Assembly: GCF_036321535.1 (NCBI RefSeq)
Contig: NC_087472.1
Span: forward strand, 98,024,001 to 98,088,000
DNA: 64,000 nt
DNA from: Camelus dromedarius
Lineage: Eukaryota
Reading direction: 5' to 3'
Shown here in pieces: positions 1-14,213 of this stretch (position 1 is its first letter; the number at the start of each line of letters is the position of its first letter). The position numbers were made by a program, and so were the translations under genes. The notes under the pieces are model-generated. The model worked only from the letters and a program-made list of their open reading frames with translations, had not been told where the DNA came from and made no database searches.

Positions 1-1267
1 TCACCTGCCCTGATCCAAAATGTTCTCTAACTATGAATGAAATGGCCTCATTCAGAAAGTCCATGGAGCAAGTCAGAGCGCCACTACCACTGAAATTCCA
101 AACACCCAGAGGAACAGCCCCGGTGAGTCACTCGCACCCTGTGACCACAGCCCCTGACTCAGCCCTAAAGGAACGTGTTTCCTCCAAGTTGCCAGGAGCC
201 AAGAGACACATAAAACCTCTCTTATGAATCACTCCACAGCCACTAGTGTAGATGGAAGGCCCAGATGTCCTGCTTTGACAAGGAAGGTTGCTTTAAAAAG
301 AGAACTTGGAACACGAATGGAAATCTCCAAAACACAATGGGAAAAAAGACTAGTCACACATGCTTTTTGCTATGGGCTCTCTCTTCATTTCCTCTACATC
401 CTTCCAAAAAAAGGTTTGGGTGTATCTGGTGTATAGACCATCTTCTATACTCAAGGTCACTATAGGTTTAAATTTAATTATGCAGAGAGCTATTCATTGG
501 GCTTAGAAAAAAGTCCCCGAAGCAAAGGTGTTAAGTGAAACAATCCAACACTCTTCAGAAAAGCTGGATGCCACCCACCCTCCCCGAGAGCGCACAGAGT
601 CACTGTTCTCTACCCACTAACCAATCATTGAACAGTTACTACTGGCCATGTACTTATATGTGTAATGCAGTGTTCTAAGTATTGGTTACAGAATGAAATG
701 CCATCTTCAGATTCTGTCCTTCAAGAGAGAATCCAGAAGCCTTCCAAAAGATTCTGAGGGAAAACTAAACTTAAATTTCCCAGGAAAAAAGTCCCAGAAC
801 CAAGAGACCACTACCGGCTTTTGTTTTGTAGCTAAGACTCTCCTCTCAGATAATACAAACATGCAAAGACAGAAAGTATAGCTCTGGGGAGTCAGGTGAC
901 TACAAGGCAGCTACATTTCAAGCTGGGACAGGAGACCAGGGGAGCAAAAATCCTAGATGATTACGGAAAGGCTTGTGTGAGTACAGGAAGAATCACTCAG
1001 AAGGAGAGGAACCAAAAGAGTCTCTGGTCGTGTTGTAGGCATCCAGGAAAGGATGCTGGAGACATCACAGACATGAAAGAAAAAGGTCCCTCTAGACAAC
1101 GTTGCCTTGGGCCAAGGGGTTCATTGAGTCTGCCTGTAAGTCACTTTGTGGATGTGGATGTGATTGTAATTTGCTGCTAATTCATAAGTCTCAGAGATTT
1201 CATGTAGCTTTCCAATGATACTCAAGAGTTAAAGGAAAAAGGAGTGTTGATTAAAAATGATGACTCT

Positions 1268-2052
1268 ACCATATGATCCAACAATTCCACTCCTGCGCAT
1301 ACAACTGGAGAAAATTTTAACTGGAAAAGACACATGCACCCCAATCTTCATAGCAGCACTGTTTACAATAGCCAAGACATGGAAGCAACCTAAATGTCCA
1401 TCGACAGATGATTGATAAAGAAGATGGGGTATGGGGGGAGGGTATAGCTAAGTGGTAGAGGACATGCCTAACATGCACGAGGTCCTGGGTTCAATCCCTC
1501 CATTAAAATAACTAAATCAATGAATAAACCTAATTACCTGCCCCCACAAAAACGAAGCCATAATAAGAAGATGGGGTATATATACACAATGGAATACTAC
1601 TCAGTCATAAAAAAGAATGACATAATGCCATTTCCAGCAACAGGATGGACTTAGGGATTATCATACTAAGTGAAGGAAGTCAGCCAGAGAAAGACAAATA
1701 TCCTATGACATCATTTGTATGTGGAATCCAAACAAACAATGCAAATGAATTTATTTACAAACCAGAAAGAGACTCACAGGCATAGAAAACAAATTTATGG
1801 TTACCAAAGGGGAAAGGCAGGGGGAGGGATAAATTAGGGGTTTGGGATTATCAGTTATTTACCACCATATATAAAATAGATAAACAACAAGGTCTTAATG
1901 TATAGCACAGGGAACTACATTCAATATCCTGTAATAACCTATGATGAAAAAGAATTTTAAAAGAATATATATATGTATAACTGAATCACTATACTGTACA
2001 CCAGTGTTGTAACACAACGTTGTAAATCAACTAAACTCCATCAACAACAACA
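1268..2052 (+). mobile_element. 5'-truncated L1 (ORF2 end plus 3' UTR) with a nested SINE
   Basis: L1 motifs ATAGCCAAGACATGGAAGCAACCTAAATGTCC and GTATAGCACAGGGAAC; TSD AAAAATGATGA(C/T)TCT at 1253-1267 and 2053-2067. Confidence 0.9.
1433..1564 (+). mobile_element. tRNA-Ala-derived SINE (Vic-1-like)
   Basis: tRNA-Ala-like head with A and B boxes, AT-rich tail, perfect 15-bp TSD AAGAAGATGGGGTAT at 1418-1432 and 1565-1579. Confidence 0.88.
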
Positions 2053-2682
2053 AAAAATGATGATTCTCAAAGGGCAATCATTTCTTTAGTTTATGCCATA
2101 TTCTGCTCTTTCCTTTTGCTTAAATGTCATCAGGATACATAGCATATTCTATATTATACATCACTAGGAAAGCATAGCATTTCTTAAAAAATTCTGAATA
2201 TATGCCAGCATAGAGAAAAACAGAGATTAAGCATTGCATAATCCTTGAAATGGTATAAAGGAACCAGTCAGCCAAGTCACAGACTCCTAACTCGCTGAGT
2301 CCTAACTTGGCAGCATGTATAATCATCTTCAGAGAAGAGCTCACACCTCCAGGCAGAGCATCTCAAAGTGGTGAATAAATAAGTGAAAGGAAGGGAAGCT
2401 ATAAAGCAAATCCTATAACTACTGGTGAAGCTAGAGCAATCCGGATCTAAACGCGAAGCTAATTTCGTTGAAATTACAAGGTCTTTTTTTCATTCTGCCA
2501 CATCACCGATGGGAGCAACTATTTATTTATTGCAAGCTATCACAGCAAGACATGGAGGAAAGCTTTCAATCAGCAATTATATGGCTTTGGATAATCTTCA
2601 ATCTATGATGTTGCCACTATGCAAAGATAATAGCAACAATTAACATCCATATCGTCAACATGACCATAAAAGCATCAGCTTA

Positions 2683-3087
<405 letters not shown>

Positions 3088-3393
3088 CTAGCTGCAGTTT
3101 ATAAACACCCCGAGCAGCAGTGGGGTTTGAAAAGATCCTGTCAGCAAACATACCATTTATTTTTTATCTGAGAACCTGCTGAAAAATCACTATAGACTTA
3201 GATGTTAAATTGTTTTCCAAATGTAGTCATAAAACAGGAATAGAGCAGAGATTAAAAGGGATCACTCTGCTTTCAAAGGCAGTCACGTTCCTCTGCTTCT
3301 ATGACAAATTCACAACTGAACAGCCAAGACTGTGAAGCCTTAACTAGGTTTGGAAAAATCATTATCTTATTTCTCTTCACCTCTGAAGAAGCA

Positions 3394-3924
3394 TGTGGTC
3401 GATTACCTACAAAGGTGACCAACGACAACTCCACCCACCCTGAACACATGTGCCCCTCCTCCCACCAAGGGGCAATCTATTTCCTTCTCCTTGAATCTGG
3501 ACAAGCCTTGGGGCTTGCTGTGACCAACAGAATGCAGTGGAAGGGCCAGGTGTGACTTCTGGGCTAAGGCCTTGTAGCTTCCTTTTTTTTTTTTTCACCC
3601 CTGTGGAAGGCAGCTGCAGTGCAAAAAAGTGGGAGTAATGAGCTAGAGAGAGAAGCCAAGTGAAGCAAGTGACAGATGCCAAAAGTTGAAAGACTCTAAA
3701 GGAAGAGAGGTCCAGCTAGGCCCCAGCCATTCAAGCCAGCCCAACTAGGGCACCAGACAGGTGCGTGAAGTCATCTTAGGTCCTATGGCCTTAGTTGAGC
3801 TGCCCCAACCAATGCCACATGGAGCAGACAGAGATAAGCTATCTCGGCTGAGTCCTGCCCAAACTGCAGAATCATGAGCCAACAGTGGTGGTGCTTTGTT
3901 ACACAGCAATAGATAACCGAAACA
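3394..3924 (+). mobile_element. MaLR MLT1-type solo LTR
   Basis: TG start, TGACCAACAGAATGCAG, terminal ACACAGCAATAGATAACCGAAACA resemble the MLT1 consensus. Confidence 0.7.
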
Positions 3925-6624
3925 GAACACGTGAGTCACGTATGAGGAAATCAATAAGGGGGCTTCCATACGTGTGTGTCTGGGATCTTCTCTCTCAACT
4001 AAAAGTTCCCTGAAGGCCAAACCCCTACCTACTTGATTGCAGCTAAATTCTCTGTACCTGGTACACAGTAAAAAAGTAACAATGATTTAACTAATTGATT
4101 AATTAACTTTATCATTTCATGCAAGTGATAGATCAATATGTAACTGATTTTAGTCATTTAACGTGTGCATGAGGATTGCAAACAACTTAAAATCCTCGTT
4201 ACAAGGATTCTTCCTTGTATTTGTAATTATGCTAAAAATATTTCGCAGTTGGTTCCTGACATACAATGTCAAAGTCACCCAGGAAACAGACAGGACCTGT
4301 AAGTGGAAGGAATGAAAATTTTTACAGCAGTATGTTATTACAGGACATAATGATCCTTAACATGCTAATTGTTTGTCTCAACTATACCCAAGGAAGTGCT
4401 GTAAGATTTAATTTTTCCCCTTGGTGGCAATTCTTTCCTTTGTTATTTCTTTCCTGCAAGGTAATTTACATTTGAAAAAATGCTTTCCTACTGTTTTTCC
4501 ATCATTGCAAACCTTCATTAAAGAAGTAAGAGTAAAATTATGCATTTCAATCATAGAGCTATCATAGCAGTGTGGGACAAACTTGTAATTTTACATAGTG
4601 CTAATTTTTGCAGCAGTAGCTATCACTATGCAGCCTGTAACATTTCGTTTTTCCAGGACTCTCAGCTCTGAGAACAGTACATGGTCCTCTGAAAGCCTTG
4701 GTCAATGCTGTTGACTGGATGAATTGAAGGGATGAATAACAGAAGCTTATAGGAACTGGTCTGCAATAAATGTCCCTTCAGAGGGACTGCTCCAATGGGC
4801 TTCCTATCTGCAAATGGTAACAGAGAATTCAGAAAATGATTGAATCACTGCAAGTTCCAATTCTCAGTTACATAATCACAATCCTTTGGACAAGAGACAA
4901 AGAAAAAGTAATTTTAGATGACTAAGCCTGACAGTGATAATGTTTCATAATACTAAATTCACATCTTCCATTTTATCAATGGGCATGATTTAAATTAGCA
5001 TGGCATAAAAATAAGTAAATAAACTCAATTGCCTTTTAAAACGTGACTGGCTGGCCGGAAACAAGAAGACTCCTGCAGAGAAAATCTAGCTTTCCAAAAA
5101 TAAAATGGGGAAGATGACAATTCTTCCACCTACTCAGTTTCTCTTTTGTTCTTACTACTCGATGAGTTTAACACATGCACAGGATCTGCTGTCAACAGGG
5201 AAACAATGGTACTGCTGTCTGGAGTGACCATGATCTCATGCTGTCATCAAGTAAAGGCTACTCTATGCCTGAAATGGAAATTCACAAAAGTCTCAGAGCT
5301 GCAAGCAGCTTTAAGGTCATCTAGCTCAACTCCTTAGCAGAGGCATGGGCCTCTGCTACAAAAGCCCATTCAAATGGTCGTAAGATTCTCCTTGGGCATT
5401 TCCAGTACCCCGTCTGAGGTGGCCCATTCCCTCTTCTCAGTTCTAAATAAAACAGCACTCCCTAATGTTGATCTAGAATTTCTTTCTTATTGATTCCTCA
5501 AGTGTAGTGGTCTAAAGTGTTCTAGCTGGACACCCGCTGAACCACTTTCCAAATACAGTAAATCATTCCACCACCTTAACTTTCCTTCAAAAATGTTAAA
5601 AGACAGTTATGAGGTTCTCCCTCAAGTGTTCTCGAGTTCTTTCAACTCTTTTTCTTCAGTCATGAATTCCAGACCAGCATTTCCCAAAACATAGAGAAAG
5701 GGGGAGTTTAGGAATCTCTGGGTTAAACACATTTTAGATAGGTTTTTCTTGCAGAAATTCTTGGGAATTTTTATGCTGCTAAGTATTGTGGTTCTCCAGA
5801 ACAAAGGGAAGGGGAGGATGACATTTTGGGATATGCTGTCTTAGGCCACTTACAATCCTGAGTCTTTACTCAGGAAACAATTCAGCTTGTTGATGTCCCC
5901 ACAATTAGACCCAACACTCACGGGAGGGCTAAGCAGACCAGTGTGAGCAGAAAGGATACCCACTTGTTGGTTCTGGAGGATATCCATCCAGAATAGATGG
6001 ATGTATGGGAACCTATCTCACTAGACTGTGATTCCCATCTCTCCAGCATCTCCGTATTTCCAATGCAGAATGCCCAAAAGATGCTTAATAACTATTCAGT
6101 GAATGGGTATCTTAAGAGGATGAATGGCTTCAATACAAACACAGAACTCTTAGGGGAAAAAAAAACAAGTTTCTCTTCCACTCAGCATAAAGTTGAACTA
6201 ACAGACACTAATATTGGCTAAGTGTCTATGATTTTGACTTCTGTATCAGGAAATCATCTCATGGACCCAATAAACAAATTCACTGAACCAATAACTTCAA
6301 AATCTAACCAGAATATGTCCAAGTCTCCAGGTATATAACCACAGTAATAGAAGCTCAGTTAAATTGCTAATGATAATTAGAATCAAAGAATTCTAGGACT
6401 TTTTAGTGTGAAGCAAGCTTAGAGAATATTTAGCCTCAACCTTTAATTTTATGGAAATATATATATAAATTTCTAATCATAACAATAGAGAAAATTGACT
6501 ACAAATATCTGAACACTAATGAAAACTATGCAGCTGAAACCTAGTATGATATTAATGGATTTGGTGACTATAAACTGAGAATTTTCATTTAAGCTAATGA
6601 TGGTGCTCCCCTATCTTAGGCTCT

Positions 6625-7390
6625 ATCAGTGCCTGCTCCTGTCCCTCGGCACTCATCATTTTCAAGCACATCAATGCCAGCAACTGAAACTAGTTGCCTG
6701 AGGGCTTTTTTGGGCCACCAAAGCCCACTCAGCCTAGGTTGGTCAATGCCAGGGAGTTAATACACCTGGTGGCAGCCCTCAATCAATGATGTAAAGTGAG
6801 TTGGAAGATAAATGTCCCAGCTCCATTGCCCCTGAGGCAGCATCACGCTGAAGCACGTTCTACAATCCCCCAGCAGGACTAAGCACCAGTGGCCAACAGT
6901 GATAACTGACTTTTAAAAGAAAATGTGGAGAAGAAGGCAGAAGACAAGAGTCAGAAGGAGATGTGACTAAGGATGAATGGTCAGAAAAACATAACTGCAA
7001 GTTTCGAAGATGAAGGAAGAGGGCCTTGAGCCATGGAATGTGGGTCACTTCTAGAAGCCAGAAAAGGCAAGGATGCTTCCCTACAGCTTCCAGAAAGAAA
7101 GGTATCCCTGCCAACACCCTGTGTTTAGCCCAGTGAGACCTAGGTTGGACTTCTGGCCTACAGAACTATAAGCTAATAAACTGACGTTGTTTTAAGCCAC
7201 TAACTTTGTGCTAATTCATTATGGCAGTCACAGAAAATGTATACGACACAATTTAAGAGACGGTTTCCTCCTCTCCCCGTCTCACTTCCCAACTCCCCTA
7301 CTGGCGTTTTCTGGTGTCTCCTCCCAAAAGAACTACTTGCATTTGAATCCTTGTTACAGTATCTACTTCTGGGGAAGCCCAAATCAAAAC
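6625..7390 (+). mobile_element. LTR16-like ERVL LTR interrupted by an MLT1B/C-like LTR (about 6920-7245)
   Basis: MLT1 motifs GACTTCTGGCCTACAGAACTATAAG and TGTTTTAAGCCAC; LTR16-like end ACTACTTGCATTTGAATCC...GGGGAAGCCCAAATC. Confidence 0.6.
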
Positions 7391-8303
7391 CCTGCCACCG
7401 TATCTCTCTTATTTATATATGTATGTGATCCTCTGTCTTTTTAACCCTCATAATCATACCGAAATTGTCATTTATACAAACCAAAACACAAGAGACTACT
7501 AAAATCAAGATTAAATTTTCTGTGCATTAAAGCACCAGAGCAAGCAAAGGCACATAATAAAAGTAATGATATTACTGAAAATGAACATTATCAGAATTCT
7601 CATTATATATAAATTCTGAACTACATAAGTCTATAATCTCTTGCTATTAATGGCCTTTAAACTGATATTCCTAAGTCCAGACACTGCCACTTTTTGACCT
7701 ACTGTTACCCAGGTTATACTCCTACAGACAAATTTAACTATCTCCACTTACTCAAAAACTTCAGTGCTTTCTCCTGTCTGATGTCCAGGCTTCTTACCTG
7801 GCATCCAGAGCCCTCCAATATCAAACATCGACATTCTTTTCCAGACTTCTTTTCTACTACTTCCCTTCATATACTGCCTGGATCAGTCAAACTAGCTTCT
7901 TTGCTATTCTAAAAGCAATTTTCTTTCCTTTTCTCACATTGTTTCTTCCATCTGGACTGGCTTTAGACCCATCACCATCAACTCAAATCCCAATGATCCT
8001 TCAGGGTCCAAGTATTTGCAGTATGAGTCAATGCATAAATGAATAAATGCATAAAAAATGAAAGCTACCTGTGTATAAGTTGGCTCTCCTGTCTAGTCAT
8101 ACAGCCTGGTAACAAGACTCAGAAAATCGATACCTAAAACAGTCAGAGTGGGGCCAACCCCACTCCAGGTTCCATGCCCTCTTTCTGCTAAATAACCACT
8201 GGCTTTTTTTTTTTTTTTGACTTTATATTCTATATTCTACCGAAGTAGCATGTTCTTCCTTACTTGTTTCTTTATTAACTGGTTTCTTTATTAGTTTACT
8301 TAC

Positions 8304-8358
8304 CGAGGATACTCTGTTCCCCAAAAGAAAGGCTTCTGGAGCTCTCCTGCTGGAAATC
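8304..8358 (-). CDS. PHEX: PHEX coding exon (exon 16 equivalent), 55 nt
   Basis: CAG|GATTTCCA...CCTCG|GTAAGT; translates (R)FPAGELQKPFFWGTEYP(R). Confidence 0.97.
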
Positions 8359-8682
8359 CTGGGAGAAAGACAAACAAACAAAATTAGAAGGGATACAGAG
8401 ATTTATTTGATGATAAGGGTCGGGTTCCAGCTTTAGCCTTGAAGTTTCAAAGGTCAATTTGAAAGGTAGTTCTCATGAAGCTGGGAGCCCTGTAAGAGAT
8501 CCAACAGTCTCTAAGATGATATTAATTCAACTGAGTTTGAAATAAGTGCATTACATCAGTTTCAAGGATACCATTTTGCATGGATACACTATGGGCAGTG
8601 TCCAGCCTGCTGTGAACTGGGTTCCTTCATACACAGCACATGCAAGAGGCTTACAGCTGTCTAGCAGCTTCTCTGATGCAGA

Positions 8683-10277
8683 AAGGGCCAGCTTTATGGG
8701 CGTACAACCTGTGCAGTCACACAGGGCCCCCCAAGCAGAAGGACCTTGCACTTGATTTAATGGTCTGCTGTCACTGTCTCGAAACTCTTAATGATTTTAT
8801 CTTTGAATGTGATTTTGGGAGTGGAGAACAAGGGGACAGGGAAGTACGAATGTGAGCAAAGGAGCCATGCACCACATTCCTGCCCTTGGTTCCTATCATA
8901 CCCCATTCGCACACAGTGTCCACGATGCTCCCAGGAACACAAAACCCCAGTAGACCCCCAGTGTGCGTGAGTTCAGCAAGACTCAAGGAGAGTACGAGGT
9001 AAGCATGCTTCATCTAGGACTGAACAGATGACAGCCCCATGAGGACTCTTTCTGTCAGAGCCAGAATTTACTGTGATCACCAAAAGGCAGTAGTGGCATT
9101 CTAAGAAACATGAGTGACCAAGAAACTCTGTCATAGTCCTTCTTATTCCTATTATGTCCTTGTACTAGTCAACCACATATACTGAAAAGTATGACAAAGA
9201 AAGAAAGGGAAAGGTAGGGCTACCCAGAGTTTCTTCCCCTTTCTGTCCTTCCTTACTCATTATAGTAAGCCAAAAGTAGAGTGCTGGTAGAATGTACACA
9301 TAGTAAGAAGTGGAATAAAAACAGCTGAATTCGTTTTATGCAGTGTTTCCCCTGTTATGGTTAGAACAAAGTACATATGCACATACAAGCCAGAAAATAC
9401 AAACTATAATTTTGATGATTCCACATATAAGTTAAAAGTTCTTACGTTCATATTTAAAACTGGCATTGTACAATATCAAGATGAATGGTATAGCAGCACT
9501 ACATACAACAGCCAAGACATGGAAGCAACCTAAATGTTCATCAACAGATAACTGGATAAAGAAGTTGCGGTATATTTCTACAATGGAATACCATTCAGCC
9601 ATAAAAAAGAATAAAATAATGCCATTTGCAGCAACATGGACAGAACTGGAGAATGTCATTCTAAGTGAAGTAAGCCAAAAAGAGAAAGAAAAATACCATA
9701 TGATATCATTCATATGTAGAATCCAAAAAAAGAAAGAAAGAGGACACTAATGAACTAATCTACAAAACAGAAAGACTCACAGAAATAATAAACAATCTTA
9801 CGGTTACTGGGAAAAGGAGGGTGGGAAGGGATAAATTGGGAGTTTGAGATTTGCAAATGTTAACCACTATATATAAAAATAGATTAAAAAACAAATTTCT
9901 TATGTATAGCACAGGGAACTATATTCAATATCTTGAAAAAGAATATGAAAATGAATATATGTATGTATATGCATGACTAGGACATTATGCAGTACACCAG
10001 AGATTTACACGTTGTAACTGACTATACTTTAATTTAAAAAAAGATGAGTGGTAATATTGTGTCGATGATTCAAAATTGCAATTTTTCTTACAACTTAAAA
10101 TAGTAGTGAATAGCAAATTAAAAATCCCATGACAAGTCTAGAGAAAGAGAGGTCATGGAACACAGAACAAAGCTTTATATTTTAGCCCCTTTACAGCACT
10201 TTTTCCTGCTTTCTGAATAAGGGGGTCCCCATATTTTCATTTTGCTCCTGGCCCTGCGAATTACATAGCTGGCCCTG
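8683..10277 (+). mobile_element. MER45B-like hAT-Tip100 DNA transposon (about 1.03 kb once the nested L1 is removed)
   Basis: TIRs AGGGCCAGCT and AGCTGGCCCTG; MER45-like ends; degenerate 8-bp TSD GATGCAGA/AATACAGA. Confidence 0.75.
9491..10040 (+). mobile_element. 5'-truncated L1 3' end nested in the MER45B-like element
   Basis: Encodes an L1 ORF2 C-terminus (AKTWKQPKC...FAATWTELE); A-tail; TSD AAGATGA(A/G)TGGTA at 9478-9490 and 10041-10053. Confidence 0.9.
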
Positions 10278-11829
10278 AATACAGACAAGTGGAGAAATCC
10301 CTCGCTTTGCTTCATCACTGAATTCACCACTAAATTTTGTACCCTGGCATTGATCCAAGGATCAATACAAGAGATCACAACTGAGAATGCAAAGAATACT
10401 AAGAATACTACCCTCCAGGACAGGATACCACGAGAAGTGCAGGTAGAAAAGCATGTTCTTAATTCAGAAATGAAATATTAATTCTATGTAATTCATATAT
10501 ACATTCTTTACATTTTCTTAATAAAATCATAGTTTGAGATTTCAAGGTGCAAAAACCTAACTGCAAAACAGAGACAGGTCCAGCTAGCAGTGCTCTGTTC
10601 CTTCACACAAAGGAAGATGCATCTGCCTCTGAAGGAGCAATGTCATACTAATCTTCATAATTTCCACATTTTCTTAAATATCTTTGGCATCTTTATATCA
10701 ATATTCCATCCTCTTTTTGGTAATTACTCTTAGTAAGTCATTCTGAATTGGATATATATGCAAATATATCTTACACATATATGCAAATCAGTGTTTATAT
10801 GAAAACTCTCTCACACAATATTTTATCAAAAGCCATGATATTTCCTAATAAGAACAATGATCATAAACCAATGTGATTTAATTATTAAATCACTACGGCT
10901 TTCCTGCTTGGTTGTGCCCAGCTGGAAGCATTTATGCCCACTGCCAAGCCCTTTACAGGAAAACATCTGACATCTGCACGAGTCTCCATTTCTGCCGCTG
11001 CTGCTGTTGGAGACCCAGACTCGCTGGGCGCAGCCATCACACTCCCCGATCAGCTGTATCTTCACAGCTTGTCAGGGCCATGGAACCCAATACTGATCAA
11101 CAGAAGAATCTGATGCCCTTAGGGCCGTTTTGCTGAAGTGAATGGATTAACAGTTTAAGCTGCATTTTTGGAGATGTCAACTGGCGAGAGTGATAGATCA
11201 AGTTCCAACAGGGCCAACTCAGTATCTTATCTCATAAAGCGGGTGAATTCTATTTGGCAAAGGCAGAAGAGCAAAATAATTAAATAAATGGAAAGGGGAT
11301 TCTTTTTCTTTTTCTCTCCCTTTTTCATAGGCTTTTAAAAATCTTTTCTTGCATATCCATTTTATTTCCTTTTCTCTCCATTTCAGCACTGCCTCACTAC
11401 CTGTTTCACACTTTTCAAGCCCCCTTTTCTTAGAATATTTATGGCAGGCATTCCTTACAGTGTAAATGTGTGTGTGTACATACACAGACACATCTGTAAG
11501 AATATGAGAGACAGGCAGGGAGAGGGAGGATAGAGAAATTTAACTATTGGATTGACCAAAATTAATAAATTTAATAATAGGTAATATTGACCAGGGTGTA
11601 GGAAGCCTGTTAGTGGGAGTGTAAACATTGCAGGCACTTTGGAGAGCCATTTAGTCATCTCTTAATGCTTTAAATGTCATTTAAAAAAATGAGTAAGTAT
11701 GTGCTGATAATGAAAAGGCTCTAAGAGATTCTATTAAGCAAAAAAAAAAAGTTAAGTGAAAAAACAGCATTCAGTCGTGAATGGGTCCTTTTATGTGTAC
11801 TAGATGTGTAAATGTATGTATAGGTACAT

Positions 11830-12425
11830 AGAGCCAGTCTGCTATAACACTTGTATTGAAAAGGCAAATTTGTTCCAACGTGATTGATATATTAGAGAAA
11901 AGGATGGGACATAATGCCAATTTCACATTTGCATGTGCGCAATTTTGTCCATGAGAAATTCTAGATGAAAGCAAAAAACTGCACCCAAATAAACTGAGCC
12001 CCATAGGAATACACAAAACGCATACATTCCAACATGGACCGGCTACCTCTGTCCAAGTGTTAGAAGCCATACCCCGCAGCTTCTGGTGTTAAAATTTTCC
12101 TTCCAATTTCAGATAAACATACTTTCACCGCTGCAAAGTAACTCACAAGCTATAAGACCTCAGACATCAACCTCCCCAAGCAAATTACAGGTCTTCTCAA
12201 GGGAAAGCACCATATTTACCGTAGCATTTATGTATTTACCAATTTAACATGGGTAAAACCATGCTATCGTTTTTATTAGGCTCCTAGCTTTTGTCTTCAT
12301 AAAGTTTTTGATTGCTGTGTCCCTAACCCCATTTCTCCCATAAGCCTTGTGGCTTTTATTGCACAGTCTGGCATAGTGCTGTGATGTTTAGGAACACATA
12401 TGTTATGTTATAGCAAAACTGACTA
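11830..12425. mobile_element. Ancient Tigger-type (Tigger13a-like) DNA transposon
   Basis: Imperfect TIRs CAGTCTGCTATAAC and GTTATAGCAAAACTGAC; internal sequence resembles the recalled consensus. Confidence 0.5.
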
Positions 12426-12476
12426 TATATGTACACGTATGCATCTATGAGTACATGGACACACATACATTCCTGC

Positions 12477-12665
12477 CAGTGGTTCTCAAATTTTGTCATG
12501 CATCAGAATCACCTGGAGGACTTATTGAAATATAGATTGCTGGGTCTCACTGTCAGAATTTCTAAGTCAGTAGGTCCAGAGAGGTGGCTACAAATTTGCA
12601 CCTCTAGCAAGTTCCCTTGTGATGCTAATGCTGCTGGTCTGGGAACCACACTTTAAGAACCACTG
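12477..12665. mobile_element. MER5A (hAT-Charlie MITE)
   Basis: 189 bp; TIRs CAGTGGTTCT and AGAACCACTG; CATCAGAATCACCTGGAGG core. Confidence 0.85.
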
Positions 12666-13934
12666 TCCAATCACAGTCTCACACACACTGTGGACTCATG
12701 GTGAAATGTGTTTATTGCTGCATTGCTGTAACTGAGAAAAGTGTGCAACAATCTAGATGTTCAACAAGAGGAGAATGACTTAATGATGGTATAACCATAT
12801 TATGGACTGCAGTGTAGCAAATGGAAAGAAAGAGGTAGGTCTTCATATTCTATCATGGGAAAACCTCCAAGAGATGCTGTTGGAATAAAGCAAGGTACAG
12901 ACATAGATATATAAATACTATTTATATTTTTAAAATAAGTACCCTATCAGTGTGAGTATATGTATGAAAATTTACAGAAAAGGTCTGTAAAATATATATC
13001 AAAGTGATCATAGTGGTTACTTACCTCTTAGAGATTACTGGGATTTGGGGTGGTGGGTGATTAAAGGGGTTTTGGACATTAATGTTTTAGATTTTGACTA
13101 ATCAAAGGTAATCAACTCGTGTAATTAAAATGAACTCTTTTAGAAATAAACATGTGTATTGCAGAAAATTCTTCTAAAGGCTATCCAAAAATGGTTTACA
13201 GTTAACTAAGCTTTGATAGTAGTATTCTGCTTTTGCATCTGTCGACACCAGCAAACTTCATTCCTATTTTGAGCTAAAATACAGATTGTGGCTATGTAAC
13301 CCTAAAGGCTAAAATTCTGACAAAAAAATAAATATTGGTATCTATATGTTATAAGAACCTCGTCATTTGTTAGTAAAGAATTCTCTTTCAAATCTGCACG
13401 TAGGAAAATCACAAGGCCTGCCTTTGGTTTTTTACTGGGGTCAGCCTTTAACTTTTATTGGAGTTTCTCTTAACTCTCGTATCAACGGCCATTGAGTAAC
13501 CTACTTGGATTCTCAGCAAAATGCTGACCATAAAAGACAGAGTGCTTTTATTAGGAGACAACTGTCAAAGAACTGATCACATTCAGTGGGTCAGGTTCAA
13601 CTATTTGACCTTTAAAATCATAAAGTTATATCCTAACTGTAGCTACAACTTTTCAGAAAAAGTTGAATGCCTCAATGTACCTGAATTTCAGTATCCATTT
13701 TATTAGTGTAAAATCACACTAATTAGGCTTTTTGGTATAGTCAACTATAGAGAAAAAAACAAAATTAGCCCATTATCCCACAGCTCAGACCTAATAAAGC
13801 AAACATAACCCTCAGGGACAGCAAATTCAAACTATGTAGAGACATGAACAAAAAGTAGTAATTTCCCCTTCTTCCTACCCCTCTCCCCCGAACTTGGAAC
13901 TTTCCACTACAAGTTGCATAGTTAGCTTCAGATA

Positions 13935-14213
13935 TGTACCCAAATGTCGCCTTCCCTAGTGTTTTTTAAAGGAAAGAGGTGTTAGTCTACCCCCCCTTTC
14001 TTGCTTTATATCTCACCATAACACCACCATCTATGATATTCTACATTTTACTTATTCTTTATAAATTATTGCCTGTCTTTCCCTAACTGGAATGCAAGCT
14101 CCATGACAAAAGAACTTTTATTTATTTTTACTGTTCTTTCACTGCAGTATCTCCAGAGCTAGAACAATGCCTGGCATGTGGTAAGCACTCAATAAATATT
14201 TGTTGAGTGAATG
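13935..14213 (+). mobile_element. L2 3' end
   Basis: AGAACAATGCCTGGCATGTGGTAAGCACTCAATAAATATTTGTTGAGTGAATG. Confidence 0.8.
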
